This document shows positions 18,288 through 26,866 of a stretch of DNA of 64,000 bases, in pieces. The stretch covers positions 1 to 64,000 of the forward strand of contig JBBRNJ010000032.1 of assembly GCA_038230375.1 (NCBI GenBank), given 5' to 3'. The notes beneath the pieces were generated by a model, which worked only from the letters and a program-made list of their open reading frames with translations, did no database searches and was not told where the DNA came from. Positions within the stretch are counted from its first letter, which is position 1; each line of letters starts with the position of its first letter. The position numbers and the translations under genes are program-made. The stretch is from Polyangiales bacterium (lineage in GTDB: Bacteria > Myxococcota_A > Polyangia > Polyangiales > Polyangiaceae).

Positions 18288-19979
18288 ATGCAGCTTCGCG
18301 CCGAAGAGATTTCGCAGATCATCAAGAAGCAGATCCAGAGCTACGAGAAGGCCGCTCTCACGACCGAGACCGGCACCGTGCTCAGCGTCGGCGACGGGAT
18401 CGCGCGCGTGTACGGCCTCGAAGGCGCCATGTCCGGCGAGCTCCTGGAGTTCCCTGGCGGTCTGATGGGTCTCGCGCTCAACCTCGAGAGCGACAACGTC
18501 GGCGCCGCGCTCTTCGGCGACACCACGACCATCAAGGAAGGCGCGCTCGTCAAGCGCACCGGCCGGATCATGGACGTCGCCGTGGGCGAGGCGCTCATCG
18601 GTCGCGTCGTCAACGCGCTCGGTCTCCCGATCGACGGCAAGGGCCCGATCGAGAGCCCGCACCGCCGCCGCGTGGAAGTGAAAGCGCCCGGCATCCTTGC
18701 TCGCCAAGGCGTGAAGGAGCCGCTCCAGACGGGCATCAAGGCCATCGACGCGATGGTGCCCATCGGCCGCGGTCAGCGCGAGCTCATCATCGGTGACCGC
18801 CAGGTCGGCAAGACGGCCGTCGCGCTGGACACCATCATCAATCAGAAGGGGCAGGGCGTTTACTGCTTCTACATTGCCATCGGACAGAAGCAGTCCACCG
18901 TGGCCGCCGTCGTCGACAAGCTCACCGCGCACGGAGCCATGGAGTACACGACGGTCGTCTGCTCGGGCGCCAGCGAGTCCGCGCCGCTCCAGTTCATCGC
19001 GCCGTACACCGGCGTCACCATGGCGGAGTACTTCCGCGATACCGGTCGCCACGCCCTCTGCATCTACGACGACCTGTCCAAGCAGGCCGTTGCATACCGT
19101 CAGCTCTCGCTGCTTCTCCGCCGCCCGCCGGGCCGCGAGGCATACCCGGGCGACGTCTTCTACATCCACTCGCGCCTCCTGGAGCGCGCCGCCAAGATGG
19201 CGCACCGCTACGTGGTCGTGGCGAAGGGCAAGAAGTGGGATGAGCGCGGCGACGCGAAGATCCACATCGGTGAGCAGGGCGACCACTCGTCCAAAGAGGA
19301 GCTCAAGGAGAAGGGCGACGGCTTCGAGATCGTGCGTGACCCGCACGGCGGCGGCTCGCTCACCGCTCTCCCGATCATCGAGACCCAAGCAGGCGACGTC
19401 TCGGCGTACATCCCCACGAACGTCATCTCGATCACCGACGGTCAGATCTTCCTCGAGACGGACCTCTTCTACTCGGGCGTACGTCCCGCCATCAACGTCG
19501 GTATCTCCGTCAGCCGCGTCGGCGGCGCCGCGCAGGTCGCCGCCATGAAGGCGATCGCCGGCACGCTGAAGCTGGATCTCGCGCAGTACCGCGAGAAAGC
19601 GGCCTTCTCCCAGTTCGCATCCGACCTGGACAAGGTCACGCGCGACATGCTCGACCGCGGCGTCCGCCTGGTCGAGATCCTGAAGCAGGGCCAGTACGTC
19701 CCGCTCGCGGTCGAGAAGCAGATCGTCATCATCTACGCCGCCACCAAGGGCTTCGTGGACGCCCTGCCCGTGGGCAAGCTCGGCGAGTACGAGCACCAGC
19801 TCTACGCGTTCATCGATTCCAAGTACCCCGACATCTTCGAGGACCTGCGCCAGAAGAAGACGCTCAAGGGCAACGACATCGAGGAGAAGCTGAAGAAGGC
19901 CCTCAAGGAGTTCGGCTCCGCGTTCGCTGGTTCTGGCGAGAAGAAGAAGAGCGAGAAGTCCGCCAAGAAGGGCAGCTGA
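18288..19979 (+). CDS. atpA: ATP synthase F1 subunit alpha (with internal insertion)
   Basis: [29 protein letters not shown] and SITDGQIFL motifs. Confidence 0.99.
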   Translation: MQLRAEEISQIIKKQIQSYEKAALTTETGTVLSVGDGIARVYGLEGAMSGELLEFPGGLMGLALNLESDNVGAALFGDTTTIKEGALVKRTGRIMDVAVGEALIGRVVNALGLPIDGKGPIESPHRRRVEVKAPGILARQGVKEPLQTGIKAIDAMVPIGRGQRELIIGDRQVGKTAVALDTIINQKGQGVYCFYIAIGQKQSTVAAVVDKLTAHGAMEYTTVVCSGASESAPLQFIAPYTGVTMAEYFRDTGRHALCIYDDLSKQAVAYRQLSLLLRRPPGREAYPGDVFYIHSRLLERAAKMAHRYVVVAKGKKWDERGDAKIHIGEQGDHSSKEELKEKGDGFEIVRDPHGGGSLTALPIIETQAGDVSAYIPTNVISITDGQIFLETDLFYSGVRPAINVGISVSRVGGAAQVAAMKAIAGTLKLDLAQYREKAAFSQFASDLDKVTRDMLDRGVRLVEILKQGQYVPLAVEKQIVIIYAATKGFVDALPVGKLGEYEHQLYAFIDSKYPDIFEDLRQKKTLKGNDIEEKLKKALKEFGSAFAGSGEKKKSEKSAKKGS

Positions 19980-19982
19980 GTC

Positions 19983-20894
19983 ATGGCCTCGCTCAAGGCA
20001 ATTCGTAGGCGCATCACGAGCGTCAAGTCGACGCAGAAGATCACGCGCGCCATGAAGATGGTCGCTGGTGCGCGCCTGAACCGCGCCCAGCAGCGCATCG
20101 TGGCCTTGCGCCCGTACGCCGTCAAAACGCAGGAGGTGCTCATCTCCGTCGCGGACGCGCTCACGCAGCAGAGCGAGGACACCGATGGGGGGATGTTCGG
20201 CCAGAAGCCCATTCATCCACTCCTCGCGAAGCGCGTGGAGAAGCGCGCGATCTTCGTCGTGCTCTCTGGCGAGCGCGGGCTGTGCGGTGGCTTCAACGCG
20301 AACGTCAACAAGACGGCCGAGCGCGCGTGGCAGAAGAAGAAGGACGAGGACGTGTCCGTCCAGTTCGTCACCATCGGCAAGAAGGGCCGCGAGTACATGG
20401 CCCGCCGCGGGGGAGAGATCGCGCACGACTTCCCGCGCATGTTCGAAGGCCTCAACCTGGACAAGGTCGCGCAGGTCTCGAGCTACCTCGTGTCGAAGTT
20501 CAAGAGCGGCGAGGTCGACGCGATCTACCTTGTCTACAACGACTTCATCAGCGCGATGACCCAGAAGCCGCACGTGCAGGCTCTCCTGCCGCTGCCCGCG
20601 CCGACGCCCGAAGAGGGCACGGACGGCAGCAAGGCGCAGTTCATCTACGAGCCCGCGCCGGAGACCCTGCTCGAGCACCTCGTGCCGATGTACATCGACA
20701 TCTCGATCTACCGCGCGCTGCTCGAGACGCAGGCAGGCTTCTACGGCGCGCAGATGACCGCCATGGACGCGGCCACGCGCAACGCGAAGGACATGATCGC
20801 GCGGTACACGCTGGTGTACAACCGCGCGCGTCAGGCAGCGATCACCAAAGAGCTGATGGAGATCATCGGCGGCGCAGAAGCGCTGAAGGACTAG
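19983..20894 (+). CDS. atpG: ATP synthase F1 subunit gamma
   Basis: KITRAMKMV, RGLCGGFN and YNRARQAAITKEL motifs. Confidence 0.98.
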   Translation: MASLKAIRRRITSVKSTQKITRAMKMVAGARLNRAQQRIVALRPYAVKTQEVLISVADALTQQSEDTDGGMFGQKPIHPLLAKRVEKRAIFVVLSGERGLCGGFNANVNKTAERAWQKKKDEDVSVQFVTIGKKGREYMARRGGEIAHDFPRMFEGLNLDKVAQVSSYLVSKFKSGEVDAIYLVYNDFISAMTQKPHVQALLPLPAPTPEEGTDGSKAQFIYEPAPETLLEHLVPMYIDISIYRALLETQAGFYGAQMTAMDAATRNAKDMIARYTLVYNRARQAAITKELMEIIGGAEALKD

Positions 20895-20895
20895 C

Positions 20896-21414
20896 TTGAA
20901 GCTCTACGTCATGCGCCACGGACCCGCGGCGGAGGTCAGTCCAAGCGGCCTCGATGCGGATCGCGTTCTCACTGCGCAGGGTAGGGAGCGCGTGCGTCAG
21001 GTGGCGAAGGCGCTCCTCTCTGCGGATGAAGCCCCGGTCGCCATCTACGCGAGCCCCTATGCGCGCGCGCTCTCGACCGCGGAGATCATCGCCGCCGCGA
21101 CGAACCTGGGTGACCGCGGCGGGTTCCTGGAGGTCCGCCGCGAGATCGCTCCAGGCGGGCCCATGCTGGAGCTCCTGGACGAGCTGCGCCGCGCCAAGAA
21201 GCGCCGCGTGATGTTCGTGGGCCACGAGCCGGACCTGTCCTCACTCATCGTGCGCCTGCTCGGCCGCGCGCCCACGCAGGGCATGCTGAAGGGCATGGTC
21301 GTGGGCCTCTCCCTCGCAGAGCACGACGGCAGTCAGGACGGCTACACATGGACCGTGAAACCGCGGTTCGTGCTGGATCCTAAATCTCTCGAGCTCGATA
21401 GGAATGCGCCCTGA
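20896..21414 (+). CDS. sixA: Phosphohistidine phosphatase SixA
   Basis: MRHG, ASPYARA and VGHEP motifs; TTG start 1 nt after the atpG stop. Confidence 0.85.
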   Translation: MKLYVMRHGPAAEVSPSGLDADRVLTAQGRERVRQVAKALLSADEAPVAIYASPYARALSTAEIIAAATNLGDRGGFLEVRREIAPGGPMLELLDELRRAKKRRVMFVGHEPDLSSLIVRLLGRAPTQGMLKGMVVGLSLAEHDGSQDGYTWTVKPRFVLDPKSLELDRNAP

Positions 21415-21522
21415 CGGTCGACAGACCGCGGCTGACTTCGTTGCTCGCGCCCCACGCGGTGGGGTGGTCACTCTTGCTGCCAGGCGTCGAGAGCGTTTCG
21501 TAAGCATGCTTACAACAACGAG

Positions 21523-21582
21523 GTCGAGGTCGAGGTCGTCGTCGAGGTCGTTGTCGAGGTCGTCGTCGAGGTCGTCGTCGTG
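21523..21582 (+). repeat. Tandem hexamer array GTCGAG alternating with GTCGTY, x10
   Basis: Counted directly; intergenic; 12-mer higher-order period. Confidence 0.9.
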
Positions 21583-21851
21583 ATCACCCTCCCTGCGCGT
21601 GAGGGGAATTCCCCCCTACAGCAAGGGGTTTCGCGTATGGCCACAAACTGAGGTGGGATGTTGCAAAAACAGGGTCGGTGGGGGCGGGAAACCCCCGTCG
21701 CAAATCAATGAAACCATGCATGAAAACATGTCACCTTGACACTCTCCGGACCCTCCCATAACCCCCATAGAGAGGGCTGTTTTCGATGGGTGCACGGACG
21801 GCGATCACAGGGACGAATTGGTGGGCTCCGCGCTTCGGCCGGACGTCCGCC

Positions 21852-22637
21852 ATGCAGACACGCCCGCTCGCTTCGGCGGCCATCCGCATCCCCGAGCGCG
21901 TGAGCGAACGGCTCGCGCTGGTGTTCCCGTCGCCCTCGCCGCGGCTCTACGTACACGAGGGCGCGCGCCAGGCGCTCGAGCGCAAGCTGCAGGCGGCGTT
22001 CAGCGGCCAGGTCGTCATCTCCATCACGGACAACCGGCACTCGATCATCTCGGTCTCGCGTCGGGGCGGCCTCGTCCGCATCCGCGTGCATCACATGTTC
22101 CTCGACGCGCCCACGCACATCGTGAACGCGCTGGTCCGCTACCTCACGACCAACGATCGCGCGGCCAGCCTCAAGGTCGGCCTCTACATCGAAGAGAACG
22201 GCGGCCGCCTCCATCGTCGCCGCGCGCGCAAGATGCCGCTCGCCCCCAAGGGCCGCGTCCACGACCTCTACGAGATCTTCCAGGACCTCAACGCGCGCTA
22301 CTTCGACGGCCAGTGCAACGCGCTCATCACCTGGGGCAAGCGCACCAAAGAGAAGCGCATGTCCCCTCGGAAGACCATCAAGCTCGGGAGCTACAGCGCC
22401 CTGGAGCGGCTCGTTCGCCTTCATCCGGTGCTGGATCGCGTGTGGGTTCCGCGCTACTTCGTGGCCTTCATCGTGTACCACGAGATGCTCCACCACGTGA
22501 TGCCTGCGACAAGGGGAGGCGGCCGCCGAAACCTCCACCCGCCGGAGTTCCTGGAGCGCGAGCGCGGGTTCCGCAACTTCGAGCGCGCAGTTGCCTGGGA
22601 ACAAAAGCACATCGCCAGGCTTTTGCGTACGACGTGA
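21852..22637 (+). CDS. SprT/YgjP-like Zn-dependent metalloprotease
   Basis: FQDLNARYF, LGSY, IVYHEMLH and downstream HPPEF; start 21852 or 21786. Confidence 0.8.
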   Translation: MQTRPLASAAIRIPERVSERLALVFPSPSPRLYVHEGARQALERKLQAAFSGQVVISITDNRHSIISVSRRGGLVRIRVHHMFLDAPTHIVNALVRYLTTNDRAASLKVGLYIEENGGRLHRRRARKMPLAPKGRVHDLYEIFQDLNARYFDGQCNALITWGKRTKEKRMSPRKTIKLGSYSALERLVRLHPVLDRVWVPRYFVAFIVYHEMLHHVMPATRGGGRRNLHPPEFLERERGFRNFERAVAWEQKHIARLLRTT

Positions 22638-25297
22638 ACGGATACACCATCGGATACGCCATCGGACTCCGTTCGCGCTCGCCCATCGCACTGTCCCTCT
22701 GCGGCCTGCTCGCTGCCGGTGCAATCACGCTTGCGTGCAGCGGTCATGGCAAGGGCGCGAAGGTGCCCGATACCGAGGGCGAGCCGAAGCGCGCCGCTGC
22801 ATTCCGTGACGGAGGCTCGGAGCTCGGGCCGCACCATTTCTTTCTCGCCGACGTGCCGGACGGCGCAGTGGGACCGCACTGGGCGCGGGGCGAAGGTGGT
22901 GGCCTTGTAGCGTACATCGGCCCGCCCGAGGTGGACGCGCGCGCGATCGTCGTGGTGAAGGTGAACAAGGACGGCGAGGCGAAGGATCCACCGCAGTCCA
23001 TCGCCACCGCGAAGGTGGACGCCAATTCGATCCTGGTTCGACCCCTTGTGAAGGGCTACTTCGTGGGCTGGACGGAGCTCACGGACAAGGGCGAAGCGCT
23101 GCGTGCGGTGATCGTCAACGCCGACGGCAAGGCCACGGGCAAGGCGTTCGAGATCGGCCGCACGTCGAACGACATCGTCTGGTTCGAGGTGAAGCAGACA
23201 CCCACCGGCGCGCTCGTGGTCTGGGCCGAGAGCACGAAGGACGGCCTTGCCACGATCGTGGCGCAGCCGCTCGACCTCGAGGGCGCGCCCGCGCAGGTCG
23301 CCGTGCGCGTGGCCCAGGGCGCGATCGGGTGGCAGCTCGTGGCGTCGAGCGCGAAGGACAACGCGAAGGAGGGTGCGGTGCTCTTCCTCACCACGCCCAC
23401 GCAGAAGGGCAAGGGCGACGTCGCCGTCACCATGCAGAAGCTCGGCATGGATGGACAGCCCATCGCAGCGCCCATCGTCGTTGCGGCAAGCGCGCATGCC
23501 TCGGGTGACGTGGACGCGGTGAGGCTCACGGCGTCCTGGTTGGTTGCATGGACCGATCGCAGCGTTGGGCCCTCCACCGTGGTCACCGCGCTCGTGCGGG
23601 ACGGCGCCGCCGGGCCGGAGATCGCGAAGCTCACGGATGGAAGCACGGCATCGGAGCTGGTCGCGCTCGGTGCGAACGGTGACGACGCGCTCGTCGCCTG
23701 GTCCGAACCCAGCCGCAAATCGCGCACGTTGAAGAACGTGTATGTTGCACATGCTTCGTCCAAGGGCGTGGAGACAGCCCGTGTTTCCGCGCTGGAGACG
23801 TCCGCTCGCGGCGTGGACCTCTTGCCTGCGGGGAACGGCTTTGCGATGTCGTGCGAGGTCGTGGCGTGCGGAGCGAACGGAAAGCCCGACGCCATCGGCA
23901 ACCAGCCCACGTGCGATGGCCTGCACCCCGCGCTGGTGAGCCTGGGCAAGGAAGGCGCCATGCGCGGCCGCTCGCTCTTCTCCATAGGCGCGACCGAGCC
24001 GGGCATGGCGTGGGACGCGCACTGCGACGACACGTCCTGCATGGCGCTGGCCGCCGAGGGCGCCGGGCGCGTCGCGCACCTGCACACGGTGGTCGCGCAG
24101 GTCTCGGCGAAGAGCGCGTCGCAGGAGCCCGTCGCTCCCGTGGTGCCCGTGGAGAAGAAGCCGCTCGCCGCGGACGCGCAGACCATCACCGACGGACAGT
24201 CCGTTGCAGACGTGGCGCAGGTGAAGCTCGGCGACACGGACCTGGTCCTGGTGCTCAAGAACTCCGTGGACGACGCGACCAAGAAGAATGGTGGTGCGGA
24301 GCTCTCTGCGCGCATCGTGGACAAGAGCGGAGCGCTCTCGCCCGCGCAGGTGCTGTCAGCCCGCGCGCTGCCTGTCGGGGGCGTGGCAGTGGCCGCGGCC
24401 AAGAAGCCCGAAGACGGCGCGGTGGTCGCCTGGGTCGCGCGTGAGAACGCGTTCTCCCAGGTGCATGTCACCAAGGTGGACAAGCGCGGCAAGAAGACGC
24501 TCGACGCGCTGCTCACCACCACGCAAGCAGACTCCAGTGACGTCGCCATCGCGCGCGTGCCCCAGGGCTACCTTGTGAGCTGGGTCGACAACCGCAACAA
24601 GAACGGTGAGGTCTACGCGACCATCATCAACACGGACCTGCAGCGCATCTCGCGCGAGGAGCGCCTCACGAATGCGCCTGGCGACGCGACCGACGTGACG
24701 CTCACGGCGATCGGCGAGGACGTGCTGGTTGCATGGGCCGACACACGCGACAGCACCGACGACGGCTTCGGGGACATCTACTCCGCCCTCCTCTCCAATC
24801 ACGACGCGAAGAAGAAGGGCGCTGAGGTCCGCGTGCTCGCGACCGCCGCGCATTCGCGCTCTCCGTCCATCCTCACCATTGGCGACAAGATCGCCGTCGC
24901 GTGGATCGAAGACGTGCCTGCGGGTCAGGACGGCGCGCCCGCCACCGCTGCATCCGGCGCGCAAGGCGCCATGCTCGCGTTCCTGGATGCAAAGGGCGCG
25001 GTCACCGGAAGCCCGGCGCGTCTCCCGCCTTCCGCGCGCGGCTCGGCTATTGCGGTGACGCTCGGCATGGGCCGCGTGCCGTCGGCCGTGGTCGCGCGCG
25101 CAGGCCTGGATGACGTCGCGCTCGACTGGTTCGATCTCTCCCACGACAAGCCGTCGGCGGTGCCGCTCGGTCTCCTGGATGGCCCTCCCTCCATGGACGT
25201 GTCGCTCGCGCTCGGCCTCGAAGCCTTGTATTTCAGCGATGAAGGGCCCGAGGCGAAAGACCGCAGGGCCCGCCGCCTCCATGTCACTCTCCCGTAG
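22634..25297 (+). CDS. Large beta-repeat lipoprotein
   Basis: GTG start overlapping the upstream stop; lipobox ITLAC; repeated (V/L)-(V/A)-W-x-[DE] strands. Confidence 0.8.
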   Translation: MNGYTIGYAIGLRSRSPIALSLCGLLAAGAITLACSGHGKGAKVPDTEGEPKRAAAFRDGGSELGPHHFFLADVPDGAVGPHWARGEGGGLVAYIGPPEVDARAIVVVKVNKDGEAKDPPQSIATAKVDANSILVRPLVKGYFVGWTELTDKGEALRAVIVNADGKATGKAFEIGRTSNDIVWFEVKQTPTGALVVWAESTKDGLATIVAQPLDLEGAPAQVAVRVAQGAIGWQLVASSAKDNAKEGAVLFLTTPTQKGKGDVAVTMQKLGMDGQPIAAPIVVAASAHASGDVDAVRLTASWLVAWTDRSVGPSTVVTALVRDGAAGPEIAKLTDGSTASELVALGANGDDALVAWSEPSRKSRTLKNVYVAHASSKGVETARVSALETSARGVDLLPAGNGFAMSCEVVACGANGKPDAIGNQPTCDGLHPALVSLGKEGAMRGRSLFSIGATEPGMAWDAHCDDTSCMALAAEGAGRVAHLHTVVAQVSAKSASQEPVAPVVPVEKKPLAADAQTITDGQSVADVAQVKLGDTDLVLVLKNSVDDATKKNGGAELSARIVDKSGALSPAQVLSARALPVGGVAVAAAKKPEDGAVVAWVARENAFSQVHVTKVDKRGKKTLDALLTTTQADSSDVAIARVPQGYLVSWVDNRNKNGEVYATIINTDLQRISREERLTNAPGDATDVTLTAIGEDVLVAWADTRDSTDDGFGDIYSALLSNHDAKKKGAEVRVLATAAHSRSPSILTIGDKIAVAWIEDVPAGQDGAPATAASGAQGAMLAFLDAKGAVTGSPARLPPSARGSAIAVTLGMGRVPSAVVARAGLDDVALDWFDLSHDKPSAVPLGLLDGPPSMDVSLALGLEALYFSDEGPEAKDRRARRLHVTLP

Positions 25298-26792
25298 CCC
25301 AGAGAAGCCGTTCGCTCTTCGCCGCCAACCGCGTCGCGATCGGCCGCGGCGCGCGGCGCTTGCTCTCGTGCCCATGCTGGCGCTCTTGAGCACGGTCATG
25401 GGGTGCCCATCCGCCAAGGCACCCGACGGGAACGCCGGTGCGCGCGGCGCGTGCGGCAAGCTGGACGACAAGGACTGCGATCGCGTGAAGGGCATGCTCT
25501 CCGCCATGGACTCGTTCTCCAACGTGAACCAGGAGCTCATCCTGGACGCGCGCAGCACGTTCGTCCCCGGTCGCGGAATCGAGAAGACGGCGGCGGCGCT
25601 CTGGAAGCCGACCACGACCGAATGCGCACGTCCCCGTGGTCCTCGCAGCAGCGACGACGCGAAAACCGTGCAGGATGCACATATCGATCCGAACGCGATC
25701 GACTTCTCGTTCATCGGCGTTGCCATCGACGAGGCCATCGTCTCTGCGCGCGCGCCCGTGTCGCAGGTGGTTGCCGTTGGCGGAGAGGCGCACCTCTACA
25801 CGGTCCGTCTGCTCGCCGTCGCGTTCGCGCGCGATCTGGATCCGCAGTTCTTCGGCCCGTCGGACAACGTGACCTACCGCGAGAGCGCGTGCGCATGTGA
25901 CCGCGCGACGCACTTCGTGGGGGCGGTGAAGTACGGCGGCATGCTGAGCTACGAGACCACGGTGAAAGGCGCTGAGCTCTCCGTGGGCAGCGTGCTCGAC
26001 GTGGTGAAGGCGAAGATCTTCGCGGAGGACACGGACGTGCGCCAGGTCTCCGTGGGAGGCCTGACCGTGAAGGGACTCGAGGAGCAGATGAAGGGCGGGC
26101 GTGGCTCCCAGAAGCCGCTCGAGTTCACGGTGAAGAATCCAGTGCCCATCGCGTACGCCGTCTATCCCGTGAGCGATGTGTGCAAGTTCTCCATGCCCGT
26201 GCCAGAGGTGGCGCCGAGCGCGCTGGACTTCGGCCTGGTTCCCAACGACAAGCGTGGCTCGCGCTTCCTGCACGTGGTGAACCGCGCGCCGTTCGACGTG
26301 GTCGCGCTGGCGCAGGGCGCGTCGTATGCCGTGCCCGCGCTCGGTAGCCTGGACGTGCCGGTGGAGTACAAGCCGCTGGACGGCGCCACCGCGTGTCAGA
26401 TGGACATGCGCGAGGAGACAGTGGTGTTCTCGCCGCGCGACGAGGCCACGCCCGTCACGCCAAGGCAGCACAGCGTGAAGGTGGAGCTGCGCGCGCGCAC
26501 GGGCGCGTCCTCCGTCAGCCGCACGGAGAAGGTCGACTCCGGCATCGCGCGCCGGCCCGACTACGACGCGACAGGCCGCGACACCGTATGCCCCCCCGGC
26601 TACGGCGTGCAGAGCTGCAGCGCGGAGCATGCAGAGTGCAGCGATGGTAAGTGCGGTCCGGGCTTCGTGATGGACGCGCGCCCGAACGCCAACGGCTGCC
26701 ACTTCGCTTGCCGCGGCCCGCGCGCCGGCGTCGTGTTCTCGGAGTACTGCCGCTTCGACGGCGTGATGCAGTGCAAGCTGCGCTGTGAGTGA
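25281..26792 (+). CDS. Lipoprotein with MACPF/CDC-like motifs, Ig-like (ASH-type) domain and Cys-rich C-terminus
   Basis: Lipobox VMGC; THF-x6-GG; SVGG; NPVPIAYAVYPV; PSALDFG...VVN. Product call is by eye; start uncertain. Confidence 0.6.
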   Translation: MSLSRSPEKPFALRRQPRRDRPRRAALALVPMLALLSTVMGCPSAKAPDGNAGARGACGKLDDKDCDRVKGMLSAMDSFSNVNQELILDARSTFVPGRGIEKTAAALWKPTTTECARPRGPRSSDDAKTVQDAHIDPNAIDFSFIGVAIDEAIVSARAPVSQVVAVGGEAHLYTVRLLAVAFARDLDPQFFGPSDNVTYRESACACDRATHFVGAVKYGGMLSYETTVKGAELSVGSVLDVVKAKIFAEDTDVRQVSVGGLTVKGLEEQMKGGRGSQKPLEFTVKNPVPIAYAVYPVSDVCKFSMPVPEVAPSALDFGLVPNDKRGSRFLHVVNRAPFDVVALAQGASYAVPALGSLDVPVEYKPLDGATACQMDMREETVVFSPRDEATPVTPRQHSVKVELRARTGASSVSRTEKVDSGIARRPDYDATGRDTVCPPGYGVQSCSAEHAECSDGKCGPGFVMDARPNANGCHFACRGPRAGVVFSEYCRFDGVMQCKLRCE

Positions 26793-26866
26793 GCGGAAAA
26801 ACAACGGGTTCCAGCGTCTCTCCGTGCCCTCTTTCGAACTTTCACGACCTGGGTACCATCTCGGCC

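Noticed and set aside
19197..19346. Intein in AtpA
   Set aside because: Too short and lacks the N-terminal Cys/Ser and C-terminal His-Asn splice motifs.
18279..20678. Long antisense ORF over atpA/atpG (similarly 57618-60215, 26600-29038, 33599-36103, 5486-6802)
   Set aside because: Shadow ORFs expected from high GC3 on the opposite coding strand; no recognisable motifs.
21583..21790. Possible ncRNA (6S/SRP/tmRNA-like) in the intergenic tract
   Set aside because: No recognisable conserved motif or convincing fold by eye; needs an Rfam scan.
21818..22633. N-terminal 272 aa of the 1159-aa ORF
   Set aside because: Overlaps the metalloprotease gene in another frame; the lipoprotein signal begins at GTG 22634.
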